Source of the DNA: Macrostomum lignano
Lineage: Eukaryota
Reading direction: 5' to 3'
Assembly: GCA_002269645.1 (NCBI GenBank)
Contig: NIVC01000736.1
Location: 310,001 to 374,000 of the forward strand
DNA: 64,000 bases
Part shown: positions 1-12,999 of the stretch, in pieces
Layout: every line of letters begins with the position of its first letter
Numbering within the stretch: the first letter of the stretch is position 1
Notes under the pieces: generated by a model
What the model saw: the letters and a program-made list of their open reading frames with translations, nothing else
Told to the model about the DNA's origin: nothing
The model's database searches: none
Translations under genes and position numbers: made by a program

Positions 1-107
1 ACTCCGCGACTGACCAGAGTGACCTGCGTGGGGGCAGGAGCGACTTTTTTGTTCTCAGGATCCTTTAAATCGATGATTTTACCCCGTCACTCTGTCACCC
101 CGTCACT
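1..107 (-). other. Second copy of the BtpA intron 3' end, acceptor and start of exon 2 (continues left of the window)
   Basis: 1-107 matches 851-957 with one substitution (gactttttt vs gactttgtt); includes acceptor cacgcag|gtc. Confidence 0.85.
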
Positions 108-177
108 GGCAGTCAGTTGTCACTGACAGTCAATTGTCATTGGCAGTCAATTGTCACTTCCCACAAGAACAAAAGTT

Positions 178-1820
178 TCAGAGGCCGCTAGCAGCCAGCC
201 TCGAGTGCTCCCGCACCAGCTCGTCCACCCGCCTCGGCTCCACCGCGTTCTCCCATCGGCCGCCGGCTTTCAACGCTGAGCCGACGATGAAGCCGTCAGC
301 TGCTGCCCACAGGCCGGCCAAGTCGCTGGCGCTGGCGCCGCTCCCGACAAACACCGGCAGCGGCTGGCCGGCGGCTGCGGCTTCGGCCACGTCGGCTGGC
401 ACCGTCGGACAGCCGGTGGCGCGGCCGGTGACAACCAGAGCGTCGGCCAAGAAGAATTTGGCCGCCCGGCAGGTCTCGGCCAGGTCCGTATCGGCTGTGA
501 TGGCATGAGACGAGTGCTTCTTCTTGACGTCGGCCAGCAGCCAGACTGATGAGGCGAACAGCTGCCTCCGGTAGCGCAGGAGGTCGGCCGCGCAGGACTG
601 CGTCAGGCCTTCGTCGCCGATGTGGGCGAACACGAAGCCCTCGGCGCGCACAAAGTCCAGATCGGTTGCCTTGGCAACGGCCAGCGCGGCCCGGTTGCAG
701 CCGGAGAGAATCTGCACGCCAAGCGGCGTGTCGGGCAGGCGTCGCCTGGTCTCCATGGCAACAGTTGTCATAGAAACGCTTAGCTCGGGCCCGGCCTCCT
801 CGGCACGCTGGTAGGGTACGTCATGCATGTTCTCGATGAGCACCGAGTGAACTCCGCGACTGACCAGAGTGACCTGCGTGGGGGCAGGAGCGACTTTGTT
901 GTTCTCAGGATCCTTTAAATCGATGATTTTACCCCGTCACTCTGTCACCCCGTCACTCTGTCACCCCGTCACTCTGTCACCCCGTCACTCTGTCACCCCG
1001 TCACTCTGTCACCCCGTCACTCTGTCACCCCGTCACTCTGTCACCCCGTCACTCTGTCACCCCGTCACTCTGTCACCCCGTCACTCTGTCACCCCCTCAC
1101 TCTGTCACCCCGTCACTCTGTCACCCCGTCACTCTGTCACCCCGTCACTCTGTCACCCCGTCACTCTGTCACCCCGTCACTCTGTCACCCCCTCACTCTG
1201 TCACCCCCTCACTCTGTCACCCCCTCACTCTGTCACCCCCTCACTCTGTCACCCCCTCACTCTGTCACCCCCTCACTCTGTCACCCCCTCACTCTGTCAC
1301 CCCCTCACTCTGTCACCCCCTCACTCTGTCACCCCCTCACTCTGTCACCCCCTCACTCTGTCACCCCCTCACTCTGTCACCCCCTCACTCTGTCACCCCC
1401 TCACTCTGTCACCCCTCACTCTGTCACCCCCTCACTCTGTCACCCCCTCACTCTGTCACCCCCTCACTCTGTCACCCCCTCACTCTGTCACCCCCTCACT
1501 CTGTCACCCCCTCACTCTGTCACCCCCTCACTCTGTCACCCCCTCACTCTGTCACCCCCTCACTCTGTCACCCCCTCACTCTGTCACCCCCTCACTCTGT
1601 CACCCCCTCACTCTGTCACCCCCTCACTCTAAAAAACTTGATATTCAGGTCACCCAGCAACAGCAGAGCTCACCGCCTCCTGCACGGCCTCCTCAACCAG
1701 CCTAGAATGCGGGTCCCTGTACCGATGCGAGGCCAGGGTAGGTCGCACGTGCACCATGCCGATGATGGGCTTGACGCCCTGGCTGAGCAGAGCCTGCAGC
1801 CGGTTCGCTCCCGCAGCCAT
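178..1820 (-). CDS. btpA: BtpA/SgcQ-family TIM-barrel protein, 2 exons (1820-1674, 873-178)
   Basis: Exon 1 MAAGANRLQALLSQGVKPIIGMVHV...VEEAVQEA|gtgagc joins in phase 0 to cacgcag|VTLVSRGVHSVLIENMHDVPY. Family motifs PIIGMVH, ENMHDxPY, RAEGFVF, ADVKKKHS, ADALVVTG.ATG, DGFIVGS. Confidence 0.9.
921..1630. repeat. 16-bp minisatellite CACTCTGTCACCCC(G/C)T in the BtpA intron
   Basis: About 44 tandem copies; G variant on the left, C variant on the right. Confidence 0.95.
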
Positions 1821-2151
1821 GCTGTTTCACTGGAGTCCGAGGTGTGCGCCCAGTTGTAGTTATGGCGTTCACTGCAGTGCACAGGAAATCACGATAAGAT
1901 TTTTGGTGACTAAACTTGCTGCCGCTCTCCAGAAGTGTGCACGTGCATCCAGCGTACACTCGTGGAGGAGTGCGTATCTGCGTGCCTGCCACTCCTTTGA
2001 CCCCCTCAATTTCACAGGCAAACTTAATAGCTTAATTGGGCTTCACGCTGTGCACACCTTGGAGGGCAAGGTATCAAAGTTTGTGAATGAGTTATTATGC
2101 ATTCAGGCCTTGATTGTGATTGGGTTTGAAATGCTGAAATAGGCGTCTGAT

Positions 2152-3286
2152 ATGTTTGTCCTGCAGAGACAAATCAGTTTCACATGTTTGTCCTGCAGAG
2201 ACACCAGTTTGACATGTTTGTCCTGCAGAGACAAATCAGTTTGACATGTTTGTCCTGCAGAGACACCAGTTTGACATGTTTGTCCTGCAGAGACAAATCA
2301 GTTTGACATGTTTGTCCTGCAGAGACAAATCAGTTTGACATGTTTGTCCTGCAGAGACAAATCAGTTTGACATGTTTGTCCTGCAGAGACACCAGTTTGA
2401 CATGTTTGTCCTGCAGAGACAAATCAGTTTGACATGTTTGTCCTGCAGAGACAAATCAGTTTGACATGTTTGTCCTGCAGAGACACCAGTTTGACATGTT
2501 TGTCCTGCAGAGACAAATCAGTTTGACATGTTTGTCCTGCAGAGACACCAGTTTGACATGTTTGTCCTGCAGAGACACCAGTTTGACATGTTTGTCCTGC
2601 AGAGACAAATCAGTTTGACATGTTTGTCCTGCAGAGACAAATCAGTTTGACATGTTTGTCCTGCAGAGACAAATCAGTTTGACATGTTTGTCCTGCAGAG
2701 ACAAATCAGTTTGACATGTTTGTCCTGCAGAGACAAATCAGTTTGACATGTTTGTCCTGCAGAGACAAACCAGTTTGACATGTTTGTCCTGCAGAGACAA
2801 ATCAGTTTGACATGTTTGTCCTGCAGAGACACCAGTTTGACATGTTTGTCCTGCAGAGACACCAGTTTGACATGTTTGTCCTGCAGAGACAAATCAGTTT
2901 GACATGTTTGTCCTGCAGAGACAAATCAGTTTGACATGTTTGTCCTGCAGAGACAAATCAGTTTGACATGTTTGTCCTGCAGAGACAAATCAGTTTGACA
3001 TGTTTGTCCTGCAGAGACAAATCAGTTTGACATGTTTGTCCTGCAGAGACAAATCAGTTTGACATGTTTGTCCTGCAGAGACAAATCAGTTTGACATGTT
3101 TGTCCTGCAGAGACAAATCAGTTTGACATGTTTGTCCTGCAGAGACACCAGTTTGACATGTTTGTCCTGCAGAGACAAATCAGTTTGACATGTTTGTCCT
3201 GCAGAGACACCAGTTTGACATGTTTGTCCTGCAGAGACAAATCAGTTTGACATGTTTGTCCTGCAGAGACAAATCAGTTTGACATG
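2152..3286. repeat. 32/30-bp minisatellite GTTTGACATGTTTGTCCTGCAGAGAC(AAATCA/ACCA)
   Basis: About 36 near-identical copies of two interleaved variants. Confidence 0.95.
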
Positions 3287-3478
3287 CCGGAAGGACAAAC
3301 TGTAGATTAGCAGCAAATGAGTTTAAGAAGATGAAGCGCGTTGCTATGCAATAATTATTGTATTTTAATCTATTGCATGGCGAATCTGATTTTATTGAGT
3401 GAATTTGCACTGTTAAGAAACAAATTTCAAAGCAATAAAAAGCTCATTAGGACAGGTGCTTTATGAAACTCTCAAGTT

Positions 3479-6400
3479 CTACTTCTGCAGCTCAGTGTCG
3501 CAGCTCGTCGAATGATAAAACGGGCCGGTGGACTCCGGCGTCTCCTGGAATTCGCAGGAGTACAGCGGCAGCTGCTGCGGCTGCGACAGCAGGGCAGCTG
3601 GTCTGTAGTGACAGACGCTCGGGCCCCGAGACTGCAGAGCCGATTTCTGGGCCTGATAGTACCTGTCCATCAGAGCCGGCTGGCACTCAGGCTGCTCCGG
3701 GTAGTACATCTCTGACACGTTCTGACTGCACTGCTGCTGCTGCCGCTGCTGCTCAAACGACAAGGAAGGTTCATAGCTGAAGGAATGAGGAATTTGGTCT
3801 GACGGCTGCTGCAAGTACAGCCCGTTGCAGTAGTAGGCCATCTCCGCTGCCGATGCCACAGTTGCTGGCGGCGGCGGCGGCTGCTGCTGCTGCTGTTGTT
3901 GTTGTTGCAGACTGGAGAAACTTCCTGCAAAATTTGGTTAATGATTTTCTGTGAAACTTACTTCACTGCCTACTCTTAATAGATATGCTAGGAAAAACGT
4001 TTCAATTATAAAGAATTTTACCTAAAATGTTCACAGTTTCACGGGTTCACGGGTTCACGGGTTCACGGGTTCACGGGTTCACGGATTCACGGGTTTACAC
4101 GTTCACGGGTTCACACGTTCACACGTTCACACGTTCACACGTTCATTAAACTCACCTGCTAGCGACAGGCAGTCGGCCGCCGGCTTCAGGCCTCTTCGAC
4201 GAGCAGCTGCGGTGGTGAAGTCACTTGGGCTGACTGCGGGCAGGAAGGACCCCGGCGTCGAAGGCGGGCCGCGGCCGTTGAGCCTCGCAGGCGGACTAAA
4301 TTGGTTGAGCAGCTGGGCGGTGCTGCAGGGTGGAGACGAGTGGCTTCAGGGATTGACTAATGGCTTCAGTGATTGACTGATGGCTTCAGGGATTGACTAA
4401 TGGCTTCAGTGATTGACTGATGGCTTCAGGGATTGACTAATGGCTTCAGGGATTGACTAATGGCTTCAGGGATTGACTAATGGCTTCAGGGATTGACTAA
4501 TGGCTTCAGGGATTGACTAATGGCCTCGGGGATTGACGCTTGGCTTCAGGGTTTCAGCGATTGACCAATTAATTTAACAACTGCCATCACTGAGTGAGTT
4601 CAGAGATACCAGAAGTGAATCAGGGGCTTCAGAATTGGACCCTGGGATCCAGCTCACCAGTCGTCCGTGTCGCAGTCCCTGAAGCCCTTGGCAAACGGGT
4701 TGCTGGCTATTTTGAGTTGCGTGATCTAAAAAAATTAGGAAATTTTTTGCCCATCAGAGAGTGCTCAGCGTAGTAGACCAAATATGGTTATGGTTAAAAT
4801 TAAGAATTGCAATCCTTCAGACTCTGCATCCGGATCATTCAGATTTGATATCAAGATCTTACAGATTCTTGATCGGGATTATTCAGATTTGATATCAAGA
4901 TATTTCAGATTCTGGATCGGGATCATTCAGATTTGATATCAAGATCTTTCAGATTCTGGATCGGGATCTTCCAGATTCTGGGTTGGGATCTTTCAGATTC
5001 TGGATCGGGATCATTCAGAATCTGGATCGGGATCTTTCAGATTCTGGGTTGGGATCTTCCAGATTCTGGGTTGGGATCTTCCAGATTCTGGGTTGGGATC
5101 TTTCAGATTCTGGATCGAGATCATTCAAATTCTGGGTTGGGATCATTCAGATTCTGGGTTGGGATCATTCTCTGAGATCAGGAGATGGGGATCAAAGCAA
5201 AAGAAATCAATGATCATTTAGCTGCCCACCCGCTGGTTCTGATAGGCCGTCACCGCATAGAACTTGGTCTCCGGGAACACGAAGGTGCGGATGCTGTCCG
5301 AGTGCCCGTTCAGGTCGTCGCCAGAGGCTGGCGGCTGCAGTCCGCCGCCGCCGCGGCCAGCGGGCAGCTGTTTGTCCGGCAGGTGCACCACGTGAAAGCG
5401 GGGCTGGTAGCGGTGCATCGAGTTCAGAATTATCTGCGTTGGTTGGTTGCGGGGTTCCATTGTTGGTCACCCAGGCTTTTAAGAAGCGAAGGAGAAGGAG
5501 CAGGGGAGACACCAGAGACACAATAAAGGAACATGAGAGACACTAGAGACACAATGGAGGAACATGAGAGACACCAGAGACACAATGGAGGAACATGAGA
5601 GACACCAGAGACACAATGGAGGAACATGAGAGACACCAGAGACACAAGGAAGGAACATGAGAGACAGCAGAGACACAAGGAAGGAACATGAGAGACAGCA
5701 GAGACACAATGGAGGAACATGAGAGACACCAGAGACACAAGGAAGGAACATGAGAGACACCAGAGACACAAGGAAGGAACATGAGAGGCAGCAGAGACAC
5801 AAGGAAGGAACATGAGAGACACCAGAGACACAAGGAAGGAACATGAGAGGCAGCAGAGACACAAGGAAGGAACATGAGAGACACCAGAGACACAATGGAG
5901 GAACATGAGAGACACCAGAGACACAATGGAGGAACATGAGAGACACCAGAGACACAATGGAGGAACATGAGAGACACCAGAGACACAATGGAGGAACATG
6001 AGAGACACCAGAGACACAATGGAGGAACATGAGAGACACCAGAGACACAAGGAAGGAACATGAGAGACACCAGAGACACAAGGAAGGAATATGAGAGACA
6101 CCAGAGACACAAGGAAGGAACATGAGAGGCAGCAGAGACAAACAAGAATTACTTTTTCAGAAGGCTATGCTCTCTACTCATAGTAGCCAGGGACACTGAC
6201 TCCAGCAAGCCCTCTTACATGCCCGTTCCTGTCCATGTTGTAGTTGGTGAGCTTCAGCTTGTCGAACGACACCACCTGCTTCATCCAGTGGGCGCCCCTG
6301 GCCGGGCTGTCCTGGTGCACGTGCACCCTGCCCGGCTCCTGCGGGTCGCTCTTGCCTGCAGTGCGGTGGTGGGGGTGGCTGGTGAGCTGGGAAGTGCGGC

Positions 6401-8500
6401 GAGTGGCTCTGAATGACTGCTTGTGTTTAGGAGGGTATGGCCCTTGGGAGGGTAAAGTAGGTAACGGGAAGGGTCTGTAGGGAGTATGAAGGGTCTATAG
6501 GGAGTATGAAGGGTCTACGAGAGGAATGAAGGGCTTGTAAGGAGGATGAAGGGTCTGTAAAAAGTATGAAAAGCTTGTAGGAATAATGAAGGTTCGGTAA
6601 GGAAAATAAAGGGTGTCTAGGGCGAATGAAGGGTCTGTACGGAGAATGAAGGGTCTGTACGGAGAATGAAGGGTCTGTACGGAGAATGAAGGGTCTGTAC
6701 GGAGAATGAAGGGTCTGTAGAGAGAAGGAAGGGTCTGTAGAGAGAATGAAGGGTCTGTACGGAGAATGAAGGGTCTGTAGAGAGAAGGAAGGGTCTGTAG
6801 AGAGAATGAAGGGTCTGTACGGAGAATGAAGGGTCTGTAGAGAGAAGGAAGGGTCTGTAGAGAGAATGAAGGGTCTGTAGAGAATGAAGGGTCTGTACGG
6901 AGAATGAAGGGTCTGTAGAGAATGAAGGGTCTGTACGGAGAATGAAGGGTCTGTACGGAGAATGAAGGGTCTGTAGAGAGAAGGAAGGGTCTGTAGAGAG
7001 AATGAAGGGTCTGTAGAGAATGAAGGGTCTGTATGAAGAATGAAGGGTCTGTAGAGAGAATGAAGGGTCTGTATGAAGAATGAAGGGTCTGTATGAAGAA
7101 TGAAGGGTCTGTATGAAGAATGAAGGGTCTGTAGAGAGAGTGAAGGGTCTGTAGAGAGAATGAAGGGTCTGTAGTGAGTGAAATTCCAAAGGTGACAGTA
7201 AAACATGCAAAAAGGTAGAACTATACTTAGCAGAGACATTCCGCAGAACAGAGCACGGAGAACCTATCAGAGTCAACTCTAAAGCTAATCAGTAACTCAT
7301 TGCAGCCTCCGCAGGCCTCATAATCCTTCATAACAGACACAAGCAAAGTCGATCGCAGTTTCAAAGTTGAATCACGCGCGCTCTCACAGCTACCCCGGTT
7401 CGGGCAAGAAATGTTCGATACAAAACCCCTTGAAAGTCAGAGCGTTTCCCACGCGGAGGCAACAATGCTGTTGCTGCTGCTACTTCTACTGCTTCTGCAT
7501 TGCTGCTTTAACTGACTGACTGACAGTCCGCAACAGGACCGCCGCTCGCTGCGATTCTCTTCAGCGAGTTTCGAATCGCTACATGAGCGCGCCGTTCCGC
7601 GCTTTAGGAGTGATTGATATTCGATAGACCGAGCTTGGGGTAGCAGCCTGTCAGGACTCGGTGGGTGCCCCCCCCAGGAATTCGGGGCTCACCAGCCACG
7701 ATCCAGCTGGAGGTGTGGAAGCTGTACCGATAGCGTTTGTCGTCGCAGGGTGCAAAGTCCAGCATTAGCATGAAGCTGGCATCGGGGTCCAGGCCGGACA
7801 GGCGCACCTGGAATGTGGGGAAAATCCGCCTGCGGCGTGGGGATGCGCTTCTTAGAAAGTTTTCGTTAAAATGCACTGATATTGAGTCTGAGAGGGATGT
7901 CAACCTGCTCTATGTAAGATGCTAACTGACTCAGGGAGAGAGGCTAACAGACTCAGGGAGAGAGGCTAACAGACTCAGGGAGAGAGGCTAACAGACTCAG
8001 GGAGAGAGGCTAACAGACTCAGGGAGAGAGGCTAACAGACTCAGGGAGAGAGGCTAACAGACTCGGGGGAGAGGCTAACAGACTCAGGGAGAGAGGCTAA
8101 CAGACTCAGGAAGAGGCTAACAGACTCAGGGAGAGAGGCTAACAGACTCAGGGGAGAGGCTAACAGACTCAGGGGAGAGGCTAACAGACTCAGAGGAGAA
8201 GCTAACAGACTCAGGGGAGAGGCTATCAGACTCAGAGAGAGGCTACAGACCGAGGCCAGTACCTGCCAGCCCGGGTGACGATCATCTCTGTGCCGAGATT
8301 GTCGAATTTCTCCCACAGGCTGCTATTCTCCAGGCGGCACTCAATTTGGGCGACGTAGGGATTGAGCAGCTGGAGCTCCCTGAGCTGCTGCTGCTGCTGC
8401 TGAAGGAACTCGGTAGTTTGGGCGGCTTTGGCTGCCGCCACGGATCTGCTAGCGATGCTTTCAGCCGACTCTGGCTCGATCTTGGGGTGGTGCACCGGCT
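3479..8500 (-). CDS. TBX1: T-box transcription factor, Tbx1/org-1 subfamily; exons 8500-8263, 7829-7693, 6355-6219, 5433-5230, 4725-4658, 4322-4156, 3924-3479; first coding exon unresolved
   Basis: Spliced T-box [19 protein letters not shown]|RIFP...[16 protein letters not shown]|KSDP...[16 protein letters not shown]...NGH|[16 protein letters not shown]...AVTAYQNQR|[19 protein letters not shown]. SSWx[12 protein letters not shown] and [14 protein letters not shown] are Tbx1-type. All junctions are GT-AG and phase-compatible. Confidence 0.93.
4037..4144. repeat. 8-bp repeat TTCACGGG/TTCACACG in a Tbx1 intron
   Basis: About 12 tandem copies. Confidence 0.9.
4341..4549. repeat. 20-bp minisatellite TGGCTTCAGGGATTGACTAA in a Tbx1 intron
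   Basis: About 10 copies starting within 20 bp of the acceptor. Confidence 0.9.
4826..5171. repeat. ~21-bp minisatellite GGGATCTT(C/T)CAGATTCTGG(ATC/GTT) in a Tbx1 intron
   Basis: Degenerate tandem copies. Confidence 0.88.
5505..6140. repeat. 31-32-bp minisatellite GAGACACCAGAGACACAATGGAGGAACATGA in a Tbx1 intron
   Basis: About 20 copies; source of the Cys/Leu-rich spurious ORFs. Confidence 0.93.
6467..7175. repeat. 20-bp minisatellite GAAGGGTCTGTA(G/C)(A/G)GAGAAT in a Tbx1 intron
   Basis: About 35 copies. Confidence 0.93.
7925..8249. repeat. ~22-bp minisatellite GAGAGAGGCTAACAGACTCAGG in a Tbx1 intron
   Basis: About 15 copies. Confidence 0.92.
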
Positions 8501-8503
8501 CTG

Positions 8504-8766
<263 letters not shown>

Positions 8767-9339
8767 GCCGCAGGCACAGGGCGCTACACCACATTCAGGC
8801 GCTGTCATACTCACTTACTTCAACTTAGAAACATGTCTACCAATTTCTTAACAACATCGGCACCCAGACAGACTCCATAAATCATCAATGCAGCCCGCCG
8901 GCCTCTCATCTGCCGCATCTGCTGCCAGCTACCCCTCAAACGTAAACAGCGGGCGGCGGTGCCGAGCCCGAACTGTTATTGTTATCGGATACCTGGGGCT
9001 CCCCGGGGACCCGGCATGCTTTCGGGTTTGGCCAGAGCCGCGCGTGACCAACCTGCAGAGTTTTTTTCGCTCTCACTGCAGAGTCAAACACAAGCAGGGG
9101 GAAAGTTGAAGAGGAATCAAGCCGAGACCACCTACTGGGCTGTGGGGGGCGTTCGCTTCGGCTCGGGTTGCATGCAGGGGCCGAGTCGGCAATATTTACT
9201 GGCTGTAAGACTTCCGGATGAGCCTTCAGAGGTTCGGATGGGATATTCTATGAGAGTCCGGACTCGAAGGTGGGTTGGTGTCATGAGGAGTCTATGAGGC
9301 ATTCATGAGGTGCACCATCAGGAATTTTTAAGGTAAGCC

Positions 9340-9808
9340 ATCAGGAATCTATGAGATGCGCCATCAGGAGTCTGTAAGGTGTCATCAGGAGTCTGTAAGG
9401 TGTCATCAGGAGTCTGTAAGGTGCGCCATCAAGGAGTCTGTAAGGTGCGCCATTAAGGATTCTGTAAGGTGCGCCATCAAGGAGTCTGTAAGGTGCGCCA
9501 TCAAGGAGTCTGTAAGGTGCGCCATCAAGGAGTCTGTAAGGTGCGCCATCAAGGAGTCTGTAAGGTGCGCCATCAGGAATCCATAAGCTGCGCTATTCGA
9601 AGTCTGCAATTTGCGCCATCAAGGAGTCTGTAAGGTGAGCCATCAGATGTCAATAAGGTGCGCCATCAGGAGTCTGCAAGGTGCGCCATCAGGTTTCTGT
9701 AAGGTGCGCCATCAGGAGTCTGCAAGGTGCGCCATCAGGAGTCTGTAAGGTGCGCCATCAGGAGTCTGTAAGGTGTGCCATCAAGGAGTCCGCAAGGTGC
9801 GCCATCTG
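9340..9808. repeat. 23-24-bp minisatellite GTGCGCCATCA(A)GGAGTCTGTAAG
   Basis: About 19 copies. Confidence 0.92.
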
Positions 9809-10446
9809 GGCACAATGAGCCAATTACTTCAAGGCAGTCATTATTAACATTCTAATTCGCGGTATCCAAGCCACACCTAAAATCCCACCCGACAATCTCC
9901 CAGCATTCTGTGTTGTCTCTATTATTCCAGCAAAAATGGGCCACTCCATCTTGCTGGGGGCGGCTTCACCCCCTGCCAAACCCCCACTCTCTCGGGTCCC
10001 AGCCAGTGATTGATGATTAGCTGGCTGTTGCTGCCCCGCCCCTCACAGCCTCTCCCAGGCGCACGGGCGGCAGTGCGCGCGGCAGTTTGCCAAGCCGCAG
10101 TGGCTCCTGACAGTCAGTTTGCAGCTGCATCTGTGGCCAGGTGGTTTGCCATCCTCTGCCAGCTTACCCCAGCAGTCGCGCAGTTCCCATGATGGCGCTG
10201 GCATATGGGGGGGAGTGGTGCATGGGAGTTTGGCCCCATCCGCAATGGAATCCTGACAACCTGATTATTCAACCGCAATGTTCCCGCAGCGTTCGTTTCG
10301 TTTGGCACGAAGTTTTTTTGCGCGCGGATCCCGAGCGTTCAGACTGCCCGATTCTCTAGCTAACTTGAGGTGCAAAGCGGCTTTGAGAATTACAATATAA
10401 TGAGCACCATGATTCACGGGATTGGCGCCACTCTTGGCCGGGGTAG

Positions 10447-12168
10447 AGTGGCGTTGTGTCTGCTGTGAGTGGCGTTGTGTCTGCTGGGAGTGGCGTTGTG
10501 ATTGTTAGGAGTGGCGTTGTGTTTGCTGGGAGTGGCGTTGTGATTGTTGGGAGTGGCGTTGTGATTGCTGGGAGTGGCGTTGTATTTGCTGGGAGTGGCT
10601 TTGTGTCTGCTGGGAGTGGCGTTGTGATTGCTGGGAGTGGCGTTGTGTTTGCTGGGAGTGGCGTTGTGTTTGCTGGGAGTGGCTTTGTGTTTGCTGGGAG
10701 TGGCTTTGTGTCTGCTGGGAGTGGCGTTGTGATTGTTGGGAGTGGCTTTGTGTCTGCTGGGAGTGGCGTTGTGATTGTTGGGAGTGGCTTTGTGTCTGCT
10801 GGGAGTGGCATTGTGTTTGCTGGGAGTGGCGTTGTGATTGTTGGGAGTGGCGTTGTGATTGCTGAGAGTGGCGTTGTGATTGCTGAGAGTGGCGTTTGAT
10901 AGGAGTGGCGTTATATTTGATAAGATTGGCGCCATATTTTATGAGATTGGCCTCAGAGTTGATAGGATTGGCGCCATATTTGATGAGAGTGGCGCCATAT
11001 TTGATGAGAGTGGTGCCATATTTGATGAGAGTGGTGCCATATTTGATGAGAGTGGTGCCATATTTGATGAGAGTGGCGCCATATTTGATGAGAGTGGCGC
11101 CATATTTGATGAGAGTGGTGCCATATTTGATGAGAGTGGTGCCATATTTGATGAGAGTGGTGCCATATTTGATGAGAGTGGCGCCATATTTGATGAGAGT
11201 GGTGCCATATTTGATGAGAGTGGTGCCATATTAGATGAGAGTGGTGCCATATTTGATGAGAGTGGTACCATATTTGATGAGAGTGGCGCCATATCTGATG
11301 AGAGTGGTGCCATATTTGATGAGATTGGTGCCATATTTGATGAGAGTGGCGCCATATTTGATGAGAGTGGCGCCATATTTGATGAGAGTGGCGCCATATT
11401 TGATGAGAGTGGCGCCATATTTGATGAGAGTGGCGCCATATTTGATGAGAGTGGCGCCATATTTGATGAGAGTGGCGCCATATTTGATGAGAGTGGCGCC
11501 ATATTTGATGAGAGTGGCGCCATATTTGATGAGAGTGGCGCCATATTTGATGAGAGTGGCGCCATATTTGATGAGAGTGGCGCCATATTTGATGAGAGTA
11601 GCGCCATATTTGATGAGAGTGGCGCCATATTTGATGAGAGTGGCGCCATATCTGATGAGAGTGGTGCCATATTTGATGAGAGTGGCGCCATATCTGATGA
11701 GAGTGGTGCCATATTTGATGAGATTGGTGCCATATTTGATGAGAGTGGCGCCATATTTGATGAGAGTGGCGCCATATTTGATGAGAGTGGCGCCATATTT
11801 GATGAGAGTGGCTCCATATTTGATGAGAGTGGCGCCATATTTGATGAGAGTGGCGCCATATTTGATGAGAGTGGCGCCATATTTGATGAGAGTGGCGCCA
11901 TATTTGATGAGAGTGGCGCCATATTTGATGAGAGTGGCGCCATATTTGATGAGAGTGGCGCCATATTTGATGAGAGTGGCGCCATATTTGATGAGAGTGG
12001 CGCCATATTTGATGAGAGTGGCGCCATATTTGATGAGAGTGGTGCCATATTTGATGAGATTGGTGCCATATCTGATGAGAGTGGCGCCATATTTGATGAG
12101 AGTGGCGCCATATTTGATGAGAGTGGCGCCATATTTGATGAGAGTGGCGCCATATTTGATGAGAGAGA
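10447..12168. repeat. Compound 21-bp minisatellite: GGGAGTGGCGTTGTGTTTGCT (10447-10900) grading into GAGAGTGGCGCCATATTTGAT (10900-12168)
   Basis: About 80 copies in total; both halves share the GAGTGGCG core and the period. Confidence 0.96.
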
Positions 12169-12793
12169 CTAAGTGCTTGGCTCAAATCAACTTGCCTTCA
12201 AGCCGCGACGACTTGCCGCCGCCGAACGGGTGGACCTCAGTTGCCAGGCGCTTCATTGCCAGTTGCTTCGGTCTCCGGAAGACAGCCGAATTTGCCTGTG
12301 CGCGCAGCCGCTGCAAAGCATTGAGCTTCTGCTTCTGGGAGCTGCAGAAATAGGCAATGGCACTGCTCGGCTGCCATTCGCTGGAGCAGCAATGGGGGTG
12401 GAGAGGAGAAAGCGGGGGACAGATGGAGCGGGCGGAGGCTGGGGTTGCTGCGGCCGCGCTCTATCGGAAGCAGAGAAAAATAAGCGAAGCCCAGAAGAAG
12501 GAATGCCAGGTGAGGAAGGGGCGCTGAGCTGCGGCTGATAAGTTCATTAAGCGGGCGAACTGGTTAATTAGGGCGCGAGCATCCGGTGCTCGCAAATTGG
12601 CCAAATATCCGGACTGGGCCAGCTGTCATGTCAGCCAGCAGCGGGGCTCCCCCACCCCCCCTGCCGCCGCATTCTCCCACGGCCGGATGCCCCCGCCAAG
12701 GCGATCTTGAACTGGAATTCGGAGTAGCAGCAGCTCTTCCCCAAAGCCTCATCAGCTGCATACATGTTGGAGTCAGCTCATGACTAGTTGAGG

Positions 12794-12999
12794 TAGGCAC
12801 TGCGGAACGGGGTAGGGGGGACAGAGGGGGCAGCTGCCCCTCTTGGCATTAAGATGTGGGGGCAACTACACCGCGACTTCGAGATTAACCGCTTAGCTAC
12901 AATAGTTGCCTTCCAGAGGAGGTCAAGAGGTCAAGGGGGTCAGTATCTTGGTATCTGGGACTCTTGACCCCCTGGCAACAAGATGTTCCACAACTCCTA
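12794..12999. mobile_element. Degenerate MITE related to the element at 55285
   Basis: Ends TAGGCACTGCGGAAC...GGGGGCAGCTGCCCC and CCCCCTGGCAACAAGATGTTCCACAACTCCTA match both termini of 55285-55475; no intact TSD. Confidence 0.6.

Noticed and set aside
178-1820. Recent bacterial contamination or HGT for BtpA
   Set aside because: Spliceosomal intron with a host-type minisatellite, contiguous with animal genes.
2152-3286. CRISPR-like appearance of the 30-32-bp repeats (also the 43- and 46-bp arrays)
   Set aside because: Units are head-to-tail with no unique spacers, there are no cas genes, and the context is eukaryotic.
5430-7276. Cys/Leu-rich and Ser/Pro-rich ORFs of 200-270 aa
   Set aside because: Intronic array translations within Tbx1.
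10356-12353. ORFs of 370-430 aa on both strands (DESGAIF, MAPLSSN, HSHQIWR repeats)
   Set aside because: Translations of a 21-bp array whose period is a multiple of 3; no unique domain or splice context.
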